Assembly: GCA_049515535.1 (NCBI GenBank) | Contig: JBEKTZ010000014.1 | Coordinates: 62,001 to 101,382 of the forward strand | Length of the DNA: 39,382 nt | Source of the DNA: Candidatus Aminicenantales bacterium | GTDB taxonomy: Bacteria; Acidobacteriota; Aminicenantia; Aminicenantales; UBA4085 | Direction of reading: 5' to 3' | Shown here: positions 18,874-29,167 of the stretch, piece by piece | How the letters are laid out: each line of letters starts with the position of its first letter | How positions within the stretch are numbered: the stretch's first letter is position 1 | Made by a program: the position numbers and the translations under genes | Notes under the pieces: model-generated | Databases searched by the model: none | What the model was told of the DNA's origin: nothing | Seen by the model: only the letters and a program-made list of their open reading frames with translations

Positions 18874-20563
18874 AGCCGACGATTTCCTTCGGATGATCCG
18901 CCGCTCCCAGCGCGGACGGCTGAAGATCTATCTCGGCTACAGCGCGGGCGTGGGGAAAACCTATCAGATGCTCCAGGAAGGCCATCGATTGAAAAACGAG
19001 GGCATCGACGTCGTCATCGGTCTGCTCGAGACGCACGGCCGCGCCGATATCGCCAAGCTCGCCCGGGGCTTGGAGGTCGTTCCCCGGCGGAGGCAGGAGT
19101 ATCGCGGTATCGCCGTGGAAGAAATGGACATGGACGCCGTGCTGACCCGTAAGCCGCAGGTGGCGCTCGTCGACGAGCTGGCCCATACCAACGTCCCTGG
19201 CAGCCGGAACCCGAAAAGATACGAGGATGTCCAGGACATTCTCGCGGCGGGCATCCATGTCATCAGCACGCTGAATGTCCAGCATTTGGAAAGCCTCTAC
19301 AATATCGTCGAGAATACCGTGGGCGTGAAGGTCCGCGAGCGGCTTCCCGATTCCATCCTTGCCGAAGCGGATCAGATCGTCGACGTCGATCTGGCTACGG
19401 AAGACCTCCGGAAACGTCTTGAAGACGGAAAGGTCTATCCTCCCGACCGTATCGCGACCGCCCTGGCCAATTTTTTCACTTCCTCAAATCTCGAAAAGCT
19501 CCGGGAACTGACCCTCCGGGAGCTGGCGGCGCAAATCGACCACCGCCGGCGGGAAACTCGGGAGGCCGAGAACGGAGCCCCCTCGGACCAGGTCATGGTC
19601 TGTTTGAGCTCGCACGGCCCCAACAGCGAAAAATTGCTGCGTTACGGCTCGCGCTTGGCGGGAAAACTCAACCGGAACTGGTACGCCCTCTATGTCCAGA
19701 CGCCCTCCGAGGAAGCCACTGTCATCGACGCCCAAACCCAGCGTTTCCTCTCGGAGACGTTGACGCTGGCCAAGCAATTGGGCGCCATGGTTTTCACGTA
19801 CAAGGGCGAGGACATCGTCGATACCATCCTCCGTTTCGCCCGGGAATATCGGGTAGGCCACATCGTCGTCGGGAGATCCGACCCGAAGCCGTTCTGGAAA
19901 AGGCTCGGCAAAAATAAAGCCGTCGTCGAAAATTTGGTGAAAAACGCCAGGGGGATCACGATGATCGTTCTCGATACCTGCGCCCACGCTCCGCAGGCTC
20001 CCGCCCGGCCGTCCTCTGAGATGCCGGAGGACGCTGCGTCCGCTCAACCGACTATGAAGCCGGCGTCGCCGCCGGAGCGCGCCCTATTGAGTCCTTGGCT
20101 TTCCTCCAGGCGAATCGTTCTCTGGGACGTCCCCGTTCGCAAGGAAGAAGTCCTCCTTGCGCTGGCCGAGGCCGTGAGTAAAGAAAGCGGTCTCGGGGAT
20201 CCGAATGGTTTGTTCCGAGCGATCATGGCCCGAGAGGACAAGGGCTCGACCTTCTTCAACGAAGGCGTCGCCTTTCCGCACGTCCGCATCGACGGCCTGT
20301 CCGCGCCGGTTCTTGCTCTTGGGCTGACCAAAGCGGGCGTGTCCGACGTCTCCACGGAAAAGCCGATCGAGATCGTGTTCCTCATTCTCTCTCCCGCTGA
20401 AGCGCCCGAGACGCAGGTGAAACTCCTCGGCCTAGCCAGCAAAGCGGCGCAAAACCGCCATCTTCTCCGGACGTTGACATCCTGCCGGACGGCCGCGGAG
20501 GTGCTCGCGGCCATTCGCGACCGGGAATACGCGGAAGAATCCTCTCCCTTCCATTTAAAATAA
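18860..20563 (+). CDS. Soluble KdpD N-terminal sensor plus Usp domain, fused to a PTS EIIA (Ntr/Fru-type) domain; no TM or kinase domain
   Basis: GRLKIYLGYSAGVGKTY, LVDELAHTN, KRYEDV, NVQHLESL; Usp region; Pro/Ala linker; C-terminal AREDKGSTFFNEGVAFPHVR EIIA motif. Confidence 0.88.
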   Translation: MPEDRADDFLRMIRRSQRGRLKIYLGYSAGVGKTYQMLQEGHRLKNEGIDVVIGLLETHGRADIAKLARGLEVVPRRRQEYRGIAVEEMDMDAVLTRKPQVALVDELAHTNVPGSRNPKRYEDVQDILAAGIHVISTLNVQHLESLYNIVENTVGVKVRERLPDSILAEADQIVDVDLATEDLRKRLEDGKVYPPDRIATALANFFTSSNLEKLRELTLRELAAQIDHRRRETREAENGAPSDQVMVCLSSHGPNSEKLLRYGSRLAGKLNRNWYALYVQTPSEEATVIDAQTQRFLSETLTLAKQLGAMVFTYKGEDIVDTILRFAREYRVGHIVVGRSDPKPFWKRLGKNKAVVENLVKNARGITMIVLDTCAHAPQAPARPSSEMPEDAASAQPTMKPASPPERALLSPWLSSRRIVLWDVPVRKEEVLLALAEAVSKESGLGDPNGLFRAIMAREDKGSTFFNEGVAFPHVRIDGLSAPVLALGLTKAGVSDVSTEKPIEIVFLILSPAEAPETQVKLLGLASKAAQNRHLLRTLTSCRTAAEVLAAIRDREYAEESSPFHLK

Positions 20564-20612
20564 GGAAGAGGCGGGAAGAGATCGTCGGATCATCCGAATT
20601 CAAGAAAGGATG

Positions 20613-20656
20613 AAAACCGACGGGGCGGGCGGCGGCGGACGCCGCCATTCGGTTTT
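20613..20656. terminator. Hairpin between convergent genes, probably a bidirectional terminator
   Basis: AAAACCGA...TCGGTTTT outer arms with a GGCGGCG/CGCCGCC core. Confidence 0.5.
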
Positions 20657-20657
20657 A

Positions 20658-22043
20658 TCAGAATTCGCCGACGTCGATGCCGAGGCGCTTGATCATCTCA
20701 TTGAGCGTGGTCGGCTTCACGTCCAACATCCGGGCCGCGTTCTTCTGGATGCCCTTCGCTTTTTTGAGCGTTGATTCGATCAGCCTTTTCTGGAAGGCGA
20801 TCGTCTGGTCGCGAAGATTCAAAGCCTCTCCCGTGATGTCCTCGAGACCGGCGCTCTTCTTCCGAGGGGAGAGGAAGAAGTCCGGCAGGTTCTCGCGGGT
20901 GATGATATTGGTTTTGGTGAAGACGACGGCCCTTTCGATGAGGTTTTCCAGCTCGCGGACGTTCCCCGGCCAGGCGCTTTTTTCCAGGATATCAAGGACA
21001 TCCGCGCTGATGCCTTCGATGACCTTGCCGTTTTCTTTGGCGTAAAGGTCCAGGAAGTGCTTGACGAGGAGCGAAATGTCCTCGATCCTTTCCCGGAGCG
21101 GAGGGAGTTCGATCTTGATGACGTTCAGGCGATAAAACAGGTCTTTGCGGAAGGTCTTCTGCCGGATGAGTTCTTCCAGGTCGGAGTTCGTCGCGGCGAT
21201 GATCCGAACGTCGACCTTGATCGTCTTGGTTCCGCCGAGCCGCATGAATTCCCGGTCCTGCATGACGCGCAGGAGTTTGGCTTGCGTCTCCAAGCCGATC
21301 GAGGAAATCTCGTCGAAAAAAATCGTCCCCTTGTCGGCGGCCTCGAACAGGCCTTGTTTTTCGGACACGGCGCCCGTGAAGGCGCCTTTGACATGGCCGA
21401 AGAGATGGCTTTCGAGAAGGTCCGGCGGGAGCGATCCGCTGTTGACGACGACGAACGGGAAGCCGGCCCGGTTGGAGTTCTCATGGATGGCCCGGGCGAC
21501 AAGCTCCTTGCCCGTCCCGCTCTCACCCTGGACGAGGATCGTGCTCCGCGTGGGGGCGGCGGTTTTGATGAGATCGAAAACGTGTTCAATGACCTTGCTC
21601 TTGCCGATGATGTTGGAGAAGCTGAATTTGCGCTTGAGCTCGTCCCGGAGGCGGACGTTTTCCTCTTGGAGGTTTTTGTGCTCCAGGGCCCGGGTGATCG
21701 TCAGCAGGAGCTCTTCGTGCTTGAACGGCTTCTGGATGTAATCGAAGGCTCCGATCTTCATCGCCTCGATCGCGGATTCGACCGAGGCGTAGGCGGTGAT
21801 GATGAGGATCATGGCCCGGGGCTGGATCCGCTTGACCGCCCGGAGGACGTCCATGCCGTTGATCCCCGGCATCAGCAGGTCGAGGAGGGCGAGGTCGAAC
21901 GTGCGGTCTTCGTATTTCTGGAGGGCTTCCTCGCCGGACGAGGAGATCTCGACCTCGTACCCCTCCGAGGTCAGAAGCTGGCTCAGGACCTCATGGATGA
22001 TGGGTTCGTCGTCGATGACGTGGATCAAACCTTTGCGGCTCAT
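20658..22043 (-). CDS. Sigma54-dependent response regulator (NtrC/PilR/AtoC-like)
   Basis: VIDDE, DLLMP, GESGTGKE, ESHLFGHVKGAFTGA, WPGNVRELEN, Fis-type HTH. Confidence 0.94.
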   Translation of the reverse strand: MSRKGLIHVIDDEPIIHEVLSQLLTSEGYEVEISSSGEEALQKYEDRTFDLALLDLLMPGINGMDVLRAVKRIQPRAMILIITAYASVESAIEAMKIGAFDYIQKPFKHEELLLTITRALEHKNLQEENVRLRDELKRKFSFSNIIGKSKVIEHVFDLIKTAAPTRSTILVQGESGTGKELVARAIHENSNRAGFPFVVVNSGSLPPDLLESHLFGHVKGAFTGAVSEKQGLFEAADKGTIFFDEISSIGLETQAKLLRVMQDREFMRLGGTKTIKVDVRIIAATNSDLEELIRQKTFRKDLFYRLNVIKIELPPLRERIEDISLLVKHFLDLYAKENGKVIEGISADVLDILEKSAWPGNVRELENLIERAVVFTKTNIITRENLPDFFLSPRKKSAGLEDITGEALNLRDQTIAFQKRLIESTLKKAKGIQKNAARMLDVKPTTLNEMIKRLGIDVGEF

Positions 22044-22059
22044 GGCGTCGTCTCTATCG

Positions 22060-24906
22060 TCATTTGGTTCTTCCGTCCTTGGCGGCGATCAGTTTTCGAT
22101 TGTCCAGGTCCTTGGGGATCGCGATCGTGAAGCACGTTCCCTTGCCGACTTCGCTCTCGACCGTGAGGCGGCCCTCGTGTTCGTTGATGATCGCGTAGCT
22201 GATGGACAGGCCGAGGCCCGTTCCCTTGCCCACGCCCTTGGTCGTGAAGAACGGGTCGAAGATGTGGGGCAAATGCTGTTCTTTGATCCCTATCCCCGTG
22301 TCCGCGATCTTGACCAGGGCCTCGCCGGCCGTCTCGGCGAGGTCGATCTTGAGGGTCCCTCCCTGGGGCATGGCGTCGATGGCGTTCAGGATGATATTGA
22401 TGAAGACCTGCTGGAGCCGTTCGCCCTGGCCCCAGATGGGCTTCACCGGCGCGAGGTTCAATTCCATCCGGATGTTCATGGTCTTCAGCTTGTAATCGAT
22501 GAGCGAAATGATCTCCTGGAGGTTCTCTTTGAGGTCGACGCGGTGGAAGGCGAGGTCGGACGGATTGCGGGCGAAGTTCAACAGGTTCTTGATGATCCGC
22601 GATACGCGGTCGGTCTGGGCTTCGATCTTTCCCAGGATCTGGGCGAAATGCGTGTCCCCGACTTTTTTCTGAAGAAGCTGGACATAGCTCGATATGCCCG
22701 TGAGAGGCGTGTTGATCTCGTGGGCCACGCCCGCCGATAGAAGGCCGATGGAGGCCAGTTTCTCGGACGTCACCAGCTGCTGCTGGAGACGGATCTTTTC
22801 CGTGATGTCCTCGAAGACGATGATCGTGCCGTAGGGGCTGAGATGATTGTCGAGAAGGGGCGTCTTGGCGATGTCGAAGACCCGTTTTTCTCCCGTCGGC
22901 ATGTCCATGCGGATCTCGCTGAGGAGATGGAGGGCCTCCTGTGTATCGGGCGGGAAAATGGCCGCGAATTTCTCGGGCCCGAGAACGTTCATGAGCGTGT
23001 CCCCGATCGTTTCTTTCTTTTTCCGGCCGAACGTCTCTTCGAGGATCCTGTTCCAGCCGATGACCCGCCCTTTCTGATCGAGCACGGCCACGCCGACGTT
23101 CAGGCTTTCGATGATGTTCTCGCTGTAGTCCTTGAGCCGCTCGAGTTCCTGAGCGCGGAACCCGGCCTGGCTGTAAAGGGTGGCGTTCTCCAGGGCCAGG
23201 GCCACTGGCGATGAGATCGTCGTCAGAAGTTCCCAGTCCTCGCTGGTCATGAAGGTCGAGTTCGTTTTCTTGCCCATGGCCAGGCAGCCGATCATGTTGT
23301 CCTCGACCTGAAGGGCGAGGATGTGCTCGATCCCGGCCGCTCGGTAATCCTCGAATTTTTCCTGGAGTTCCCGCTTTTCGGACAGGGAATTGAGCGAAAG
23401 CGACTGGCTTTCCTTCAAATCATTGTAGAGTTCCGGTCTGATCGTCAGCCGAGGAGGAATGTCCGCGAATTCGCCCTTGGAGCTGAAAACCGTGAATGTG
23501 CCGAGTTCGCCCTCGACCGGCAGAAGAAGGGCGATGCTCCGCAGGGACAGGGCGTTGGCGATCAGCTCGAGCAGCGAGCGCGACAGGTTCTCGAGATTGC
23601 GTTCGCGGCTGAGCTCTTTGCTGATCGAGAGCAGGGTCCTCCGGTACTGATAGCTGCGGCGGTAGAAGACCTTGTCGAAAAGGGACTGGAAAAGCTTTTT
23701 GAGGGGTGAAAAAAGCGTCGCCCCCAGGATGAGGGCGAGAATGCCCAGAACGATGGCGGTCACTTTGTTTTCGGCGAAAATCTTCGTCTGCGAAGAAATC
23801 AGGAGAAAGAAAAGGGCGAGAACGAAATACGAGACGACGAGCGTCGCGGCCTTCTTGATGATGACCTCCAGGTCCATCAGTTTATAGCGGGAGATGGAAT
23901 AGGAAAACGCGAGAGGGATGAAGGCCTGGAGAAGGATGGTCAGTTCCGCGACTTGGGTCGGGGCGCGGCCGGCGAGGAACGGGACGATATACAAAAGGGT
24001 GAAAGGAATGACGCCTAAGCCGAGCCCGTAAACGATCCATTTGAGCTGCTTCCGGATCAGGAAGCTGGGATGGCGGAAGTAGCTGTGCGCGATCGTTGCC
24101 AGCGTGATGAACGTGTAAAGGGCGAAATGGAAGAGGTCCGCTTTTTCGAGGCCCCCATAGATGCCGAGCATCAGGTTATTGTCCAGGTTATGGAAATAAG
24201 GCAGGTGCAGCAGGACCTTGGCCAGGAGAAGAAGCCCGCCCGGAATATAGAGGAGGTAAACGTAAGAAGGCTTGCGGCGCAGGAATTTCTTGCGCTGGGG
24301 AAAAACGATAAAGAAATGGAGCAGCAGCGGGGGGAAAACGAGAAAGGCGATCTTATCCAGCCAGAAAAAAACCTGGTCCAGGAGATCGAGTTGGCCGGTC
24401 GGAGAGAATATATAAAAGGAATACAGGATGGCGGACAGGAAATAAAAATAGACATTGGGCATGGAAAACGGCCTGGTCGAATTGAGAAAGACGATGAGAG
24501 CGATGATCAGCGTTGTCAGGCCGATGAGGGACAAATATAAGTAGATGAGGCTGACTCCCCTTAGGGCGGGCGTTAAGGAAGGATAGAAGAGTACTCCCTG
24601 GCGGTTGATCTCGTAGCTGAGCTTCTGCCCTGACCTCGCCGCTTTCCACAGGTTTTTTAGCAGATCGATATTGTTATTGATCAGTTCGTTGTTGATGGAA
24701 TAGAGAATATCGCCAGTTTTGATGCCGGCATAGATATATCCGGGGCCGTTGGGATCGACCTTGATGGCCGTCAAGCCATCTGTCTTTTTTCCCCAGACGA
24801 TGCCGTCCGTCGGTTCTTTCCAGACGATCTTCCGGAAGACGTTAAGCCCGCCGAGAACGAGCAGGGCGACGAGCGGAATCAAAAGCCAATAAGCCTTTTT
24901 GCTCAT
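22060..24906 (-). CDS. Multi-TM sensor histidine kinase (PDZ-like, several TMs, GAF, PAS, HisKA, HATPase)
   Basis: [24 protein letters not shown]-like segment, hydrophobic helices, [13 protein letters not shown] end, [25 protein letters not shown]. Confidence 0.9.
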   Translation of the reverse strand: MSKKAYWLLIPLVALLVLGGLNVFRKIVWKEPTDGIVWGKKTDGLTAIKVDPNGPGYIYAGIKTGDILYSINNELINNNIDLLKNLWKAARSGQKLSYEINRQGVLFYPSLTPALRGVSLIYLYLSLIGLTTLIIALIVFLNSTRPFSMPNVYFYFLSAILYSFYIFSPTGQLDLLDQVFFWLDKIAFLVFPPLLLHFFIVFPQRKKFLRRKPSYVYLLYIPGGLLLLAKVLLHLPYFHNLDNNLMLGIYGGLEKADLFHFALYTFITLATIAHSYFRHPSFLIRKQLKWIVYGLGLGVIPFTLLYIVPFLAGRAPTQVAELTILLQAFIPLAFSYSISRYKLMDLEVIIKKAATLVVSYFVLALFFLLISSQTKIFAENKVTAIVLGILALILGATLFSPLKKLFQSLFDKVFYRRSYQYRRTLLSISKELSRERNLENLSRSLLELIANALSLRSIALLLPVEGELGTFTVFSSKGEFADIPPRLTIRPELYNDLKESQSLSLNSLSEKRELQEKFEDYRAAGIEHILALQVEDNMIGCLAMGKKTNSTFMTSEDWELLTTISSPVALALENATLYSQAGFRAQELERLKDYSENIIESLNVGVAVLDQKGRVIGWNRILEETFGRKKKETIGDTLMNVLGPEKFAAIFPPDTQEALHLLSEIRMDMPTGEKRVFDIAKTPLLDNHLSPYGTIIVFEDITEKIRLQQQLVTSEKLASIGLLSAGVAHEINTPLTGISSYVQLLQKKVGDTHFAQILGKIEAQTDRVSRIIKNLLNFARNPSDLAFHRVDLKENLQEIISLIDYKLKTMNIRMELNLAPVKPIWGQGERLQQVFINIILNAIDAMPQGGTLKIDLAETAGEALVKIADTGIGIKEQHLPHIFDPFFTTKGVGKGTGLGLSISYAIINEHEGRLTVESEVGKGTCFTIAIPKDLDNRKLIAAKDGRTK

Positions 24907-24915
24907 GAAAGCCGT

Positions 24916-24944
24916 ATTATAGGATTTTTTTGATCAAAATCCAA
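24916..24944 (-). promoter_or_regulatory. Sigma70-type promoter of the kinase gene
   Basis: TTGGAT-N17-TATAAT; ATG 9 nt downstream; no SD. Confidence 0.6.
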
Positions 24945-24985
24945 AAAATTGAATCCGATCTCCAAAAAATATATGCCCTTTCCGG

Positions 24986-25249
24986 TCAGTCCAAAATATG
25001 GCGGGCGGCCGCTCTGACAGCCCAGTTGATGCTCGGTTCTTTGAACATCCTGGATAAAGTCTGGTCGTCTTTAAGCCCCAGGGCTTTCGCGTTTCTCCCC
25101 AAGGCCGTGTTTATGTAGTCATTAGGGGTTTTTTTGACAGGGGGCTCGGTCTGTTGCCCGGGCTTGAGATCCTGCGGACCCGAGGACAAGCCGAGCAGGC
25201 CGGAGAGGACCAGGACCATCCCAATTCCGCTGATTTTCGCGATTTTCAT
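24986..25249 (-). CDS. Small hypothetical exported protein (87 aa)
   Basis: Basic N-terminus followed by a hydrophobic signal-like stretch; own promoter TTGACA-N17-TATCTT at 25259-25287. Confidence 0.55.
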   Translation of the reverse strand: MKIAKISGIGMVLVLSGLLGLSSGPQDLKPGQQTEPPVKKTPNDYINTALGRNAKALGLKDDQTLSRMFKEPSINWAVRAAARHILD

Positions 25250-25406
25250 TTTGGAATAAAGATAATCCGATCATCGGCCTTTGTCAAATGGATTAACATC
25301 AAGGGCGGGGAAAGGATATTATTCTATATCCGATGGCCAGCGCCTGGAAAAGCGCCGATTTCAACGTTGTGAGGTTCGAGATTTAGCCTGGGAAAGAAAC
25401 GAGAAG

Positions 25407-26615
25407 ATGCCGTATTATCTTTGCCGCCTGGCCGCCGAGGACGGACGTGTCTTTTCCAAATCGTTCCTGGCCGCCTCTCCGGACGAATGCCGGCGGCATT
25501 TCGAATCCCAGGGACTATGCGTCCTTGCGGTCAAGAGAGACCTGAAGAAGCAGCGGCTGTCCTCGCTTTCGTTTAAAAAGAAGATCAAGGACAGGGATTT
25601 CATCATGTTCAACCAGGAGCTCATGGCCCTGGTCCGGGCCGGATATCCGGTGCTGCGGAGCATCGAGGTCATTTCCCATCGGGTCAAGAACTCCCATCTC
25701 AAGGAGATCCTGGGCAAGGTCGAAGGCGACATCCGCCGCGGCCGTTCCCTCTCGGAATCGTTCGCCCCGTTCGAAAAGCGCTTTTCGAAGATCTATACCG
25801 CCGCGCTCATGGCCGGCGAGCAGAGCGGCAACCTGCCGGACACCGTCGGCCAGTTCATCCAATACGCCAAGATCATTTCCAAGACGAAGTCGCGGATCCG
25901 CTCCGCCCTGATCTACCCGACTCTCCTCCTCGCCGTTTCCTGCGGGCTGCTGGCGATCCTGATCAATTTCGTCCTTCCCAATTTTTCGGACTTCTACAAG
26001 GATTTCGAAACCCAGCTTCCGTGGCTCACGATCGGGTTGATCAACTTCTCGCGGTTCATCCGCGGCCATTGGCTGCTGTGGATCGGCCTGGCGGTCCTTG
26101 GCCTCGCCGGATATTTGCGCCTGAAGAAAAACGAGCGGTCGCTCCTTTGGCTGGAAAAAAAGAAGCTCAGGATCCCGGTCGGCGGTCCGATCTGGGTCGA
26201 ATCGGCCGTTTCGCTCTTCAGCCGCACCTTGTCCCTTCTCCTCCAGGCGGGCATCCCGCTGCTGACCGGGCTCGAGCTGGCGATCCAGGCCGTCCCGAAC
26301 AAGTATTTGGCGTTCCGAGCGTCCGATCTCCCAGCCGGCATCAAGAACGGCGAAAGCCTCTCCGATGCGCTGACCAAGGCCGAATTCTTTCCTCCTCTGG
26401 CCTTGGACATGGTCCGTATCGGCGAGACTTCGGCCAACCTCGGCGGAATGCTCCGGGAAACGGCCGAGGTCTACGACGAAAGCATCCAGGCCAAGATCGA
26501 TACGTTCGTCTCGCTCATCGAGCCCCTCATCATCGTTTTCATGGGCGTTCTCGTGGCCGTCATGCTCCTTTCCGTCTATCTTCCCATTTTCAACATCATC
26601 AAGGTCGCCCGATAA
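25407..26615 (+). CDS. T2SS/type IV pilus inner-membrane platform protein (GspF/PilC family)
   Basis: AGEQSGNL, IRSALIYP, IGETSANL, LIEPLII...YLPIFN. Likely start MPYY at ATG 25407. Confidence 0.93.
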   Translation: MPYYLCRLAAEDGRVFSKSFLAASPDECRRHFESQGLCVLAVKRDLKKQRLSSLSFKKKIKDRDFIMFNQELMALVRAGYPVLRSIEVISHRVKNSHLKEILGKVEGDIRRGRSLSESFAPFEKRFSKIYTAALMAGEQSGNLPDTVGQFIQYAKIISKTKSRIRSALIYPTLLLAVSCGLLAILINFVLPNFSDFYKDFETQLPWLTIGLINFSRFIRGHWLLWIGLAVLGLAGYLRLKKNERSLLWLEKKKLRIPVGGPIWVESAVSLFSRTLSLLLQAGIPLLTGLELAIQAVPNKYLAFRASDLPAGIKNGESLSDALTKAEFFPPLALDMVRIGETSANLGGMLRETAEVYDESIQAKIDTFVSLIEPLIIVFMGVLVAVMLLSVYLPIFNIIKVAR

Positions 26616-26616
26616 C

Positions 26617-28227
26617 ATGGAAAAACCGGAACCGCGAAAAGATCGGCTCTCGGAAGAGGAGGAAACCCGGAACCTGGCCGCGCGGTACCGCGTCCCCTTC
26701 ATCGACCTGGCGACGGCTCCCATCGACCGGGATCTCGTTCTGTCCTTTCCTCCCGATTTTCTCTACCGCTCGAATTTCATTCCCTTCGGCGCGGACGAGA
26801 ACGTCCTGAGGATCGCCGTCGCCGACCCCTCGGACATCGCCATGATCGACGCCGTCGAATCGATGATCGGGAAAAAAGTCCAGGTCCATGCTGCTCCCCG
26901 GCGGGCCATCCACGAAGCCCTCCGCAAAAGCGAAACCGCCCTCCAGGTCCTCAAGGACGCCACGGAAGGGTTCATCATGCAGGTGGTGGAGAAGGACGGC
27001 GGCGAGGAAGAAGAGGTCATTTCGATCGAGAAGCTGGCCGACCAGGACGGCTCGATCATCAAACTCGTCAACACGATCATTTTCACGGCGGTCCAGAAAC
27101 GGGCGAGCGACGTCCACATCGAATCCAAGGGCGAGCGGGTTCTGATCAAATTCCGGATCGACGGCGTTCTGAGCGAAGCCATGGAGCCGCTCGCTAAGAA
27201 ATTCCAGGCGCCTATCATCTCCCGCATCAAAGTTATGTCCGAGCTGGACATCGCCGAACGGCGGGTCCCTCAGGACGGACGGTTCCGGCTGCGGATTAAG
27301 GACAAAAAGATCGATTTCCGCGTTTCGGTCATGCCCAGCATTTACGGCGAGGACGCGGTCATCCGCATCCTGGACAAGGAGATGATCACGGAAGCGATTT
27401 CCGAGCTCAAGCTGGACGTTCTCGGCTTCTCGGATGAGGTCCTCAAGAAATTCCGCCGCTACATCACCCAGCCCTACGGCATGGTCCTTGTCACGGGACC
27501 GACGGGAAGCGGCAAGACGACGACGCTTTATGCGGCGCTGACCGAGATCCGGTCGCCGGAGGACAAGATCATCACCATCGAGGACCCGGTCGAGTACCAG
27601 ATCGACGGAATCACCCAGATCCCCGTCAATGAGAAAAAAGGCCTGACCTTCGCCCGGGGGCTGCGCTCCATCCTCCGCCACGATCCGGACAAGATCATGG
27701 TCGGCGAGATCCGCGATCCGGAGACCGCTCAGATCGCCATCCAATCGGCCCTGACCGGCCACCTCGTCTTCACGACCGTCCATGCTAACAACGTCTTCGA
27801 CGTCATCGGCCGGTTTTTGCATATGCAGGTGGATCCTTACAGCTTCATTTCGGCCTTGAACTGCATCCTGGCCCAGCGCCTTGTCCGGATCCTCTGCCCG
27901 AAATGCAAGAGCGCTGTCGTCTACGACGACCGCCAACTTGTGGAGTCCGGACTCGACCCCGCCATCCATAACCGATACACGTTTTATGAGGCCCAGGGCT
28001 GTCAGGAATGCCATTTCACCGGCTATCAAGGCCGGACGGCCATCGCCGAGGTCCTCGATCTATCCGACGATATCCGGGAAATGATCCTGGGTCGTCGTCC
28101 GTTGTCCGAGGTCAGGAAGAAAGCCAAGTCCGAAGGCATGGTCTTTCTCCGCGTCGTGGGCATTCAGAAGGTTCTCAAAGGCGTCACGAGCCTGAAAGAT
28201 CTCAACAAAGTGACGTTCGTGGAATAA
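26617..28227 (+). CDS. T2SS/type IV pilus assembly ATPase (GspE/PilB family)
   Basis: ASDVHIE, DIAERRVPQDGR, GPTGSGKTTT, TIEDPVEY, LRHDPD..MVGEIRD, CPKC/CQEC zinc motif. Confidence 0.95.
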   Translation: MEKPEPRKDRLSEEEETRNLAARYRVPFIDLATAPIDRDLVLSFPPDFLYRSNFIPFGADENVLRIAVADPSDIAMIDAVESMIGKKVQVHAAPRRAIHEALRKSETALQVLKDATEGFIMQVVEKDGGEEEEVISIEKLADQDGSIIKLVNTIIFTAVQKRASDVHIESKGERVLIKFRIDGVLSEAMEPLAKKFQAPIISRIKVMSELDIAERRVPQDGRFRLRIKDKKIDFRVSVMPSIYGEDAVIRILDKEMITEAISELKLDVLGFSDEVLKKFRRYITQPYGMVLVTGPTGSGKTTTLYAALTEIRSPEDKIITIEDPVEYQIDGITQIPVNEKKGLTFARGLRSILRHDPDKIMVGEIRDPETAQIAIQSALTGHLVFTTVHANNVFDVIGRFLHMQVDPYSFISALNCILAQRLVRILCPKCKSAVVYDDRQLVESGLDPAIHNRYTFYEAQGCQECHFTGYQGRTAIAEVLDLSDDIREMILGRRPLSEVRKKAKSEGMVFLRVVGIQKVLKGVTSLKDLNKVTFVE

Positions 28228-28228
28228 C

Positions 28229-29167
28229 ATGATGTCGGCGTTCATCGACCGGGTCAAAAACTTTTTTAACGAACCGCTTATTCCTCCCGCCGCTCTTCAG
28301 ATATCGAGGACCTGCCTCAGCGGCGTGCGCCGGTCGCTAAAAGAAAGGAAACTCGCCTCCCATTTCATCCTGCCCCTTGCGGACGGCGTCATCGAGCCTT
28401 CTTTCGATCGCCGGAACATCGTGAATCCCGGGGCCCTGGAAAAAGCCCTGAGGGAAGGGATCTTGAAAATCGATTCGTACAACGGCCCCGCGGCCCTGCT
28501 CCTGCCGGAGACCTGTCTCAAAGTGTTCGTGATGGGCTTCGATTCCCTCCCGTCATCCCCGGCGGAGCGGGAAGAGATCCTGACCTGGAGACTCAACAAG
28601 CTCGTGCCTTTCAAGTCCGCGGACATGCGGATGGCCTATGACGTTTTAAGGTCGAATGGCCAGGCCAAGGTCCTGCTCGCCCTGGCCAAGGCGGATGTCG
28701 TCAAGGAGTACGAAAACCTTTTCGGCCGCCTTGGACTGAAGGTCCGGACGGTCGGCGTCCCCCTGCTCTATCTGCTGGATCTTGCCCGTCTCGAAAAACC
28801 GGGCCACGCGATGATCGTCAACTTTGAAGAAGATTACGTCAGCCTGCTCGCGGTCCTGGACGGCCAGGTCTCGTTTTACAGGTTCAAACCCTTCCTCCAG
28901 GATTCCCTCGGTCCGATGACCCTTCCCCGGAAAATCGATCAGGTCGTGAACGAGATCGAGAACACGGTCCGCTTCATCGAGGACCGGGAGAAAAAGAAGA
29001 TCCTCGAGGTCCGTGTCCGGACGGCCATTCGGAAAACGGAGGGTGACGTCCCGGCCGCATTGAACGAGAGGCTTCCTTCCCTGATAATCCGGGGATTTGC
29101 GGTGTCTTTGCCGCTGCCGTCTCCGGACCAGCAGGTCCTCTCGCCGCTGATCGGACAGGTGCTATGA
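28229..29167 (+). CDS. PilM/GspL-like alignment protein
   Basis: Size, soluble actin-like character and position after the ATPase. Confidence 0.65.
   Translation: MMSAFIDRVKNFFNEPLIPPAALQISRTCLSGVRRSLKERKLASHFILPLADGVIEPSFDRRNIVNPGALEKALREGILKIDSYNGPAALLLPETCLKVFVMGFDSLPSSPAEREEILTWRLNKLVPFKSADMRMAYDVLRSNGQAKVLLALAKADVVKEYENLFGRLGLKVRTVGVPLLYLLDLARLEKPGHAMIVNFEEDYVSLLAVLDGQVSFYRFKPFLQDSLGPMTLPRKIDQVVNEIENTVRFIEDREKKKILEVRVRTAIRKTEGDVPAALNERLPSLIIRGFAVSLPLPSPDQQVLSPLIGQVL

Noticed and set aside
25281..25406. N-terminal extension of gspF/pilC and a sigma54 promoter in this spacer
   Set aside because: The family-typical start is MPYY at 25407, and no GG-N10-GC element with the right context was found.
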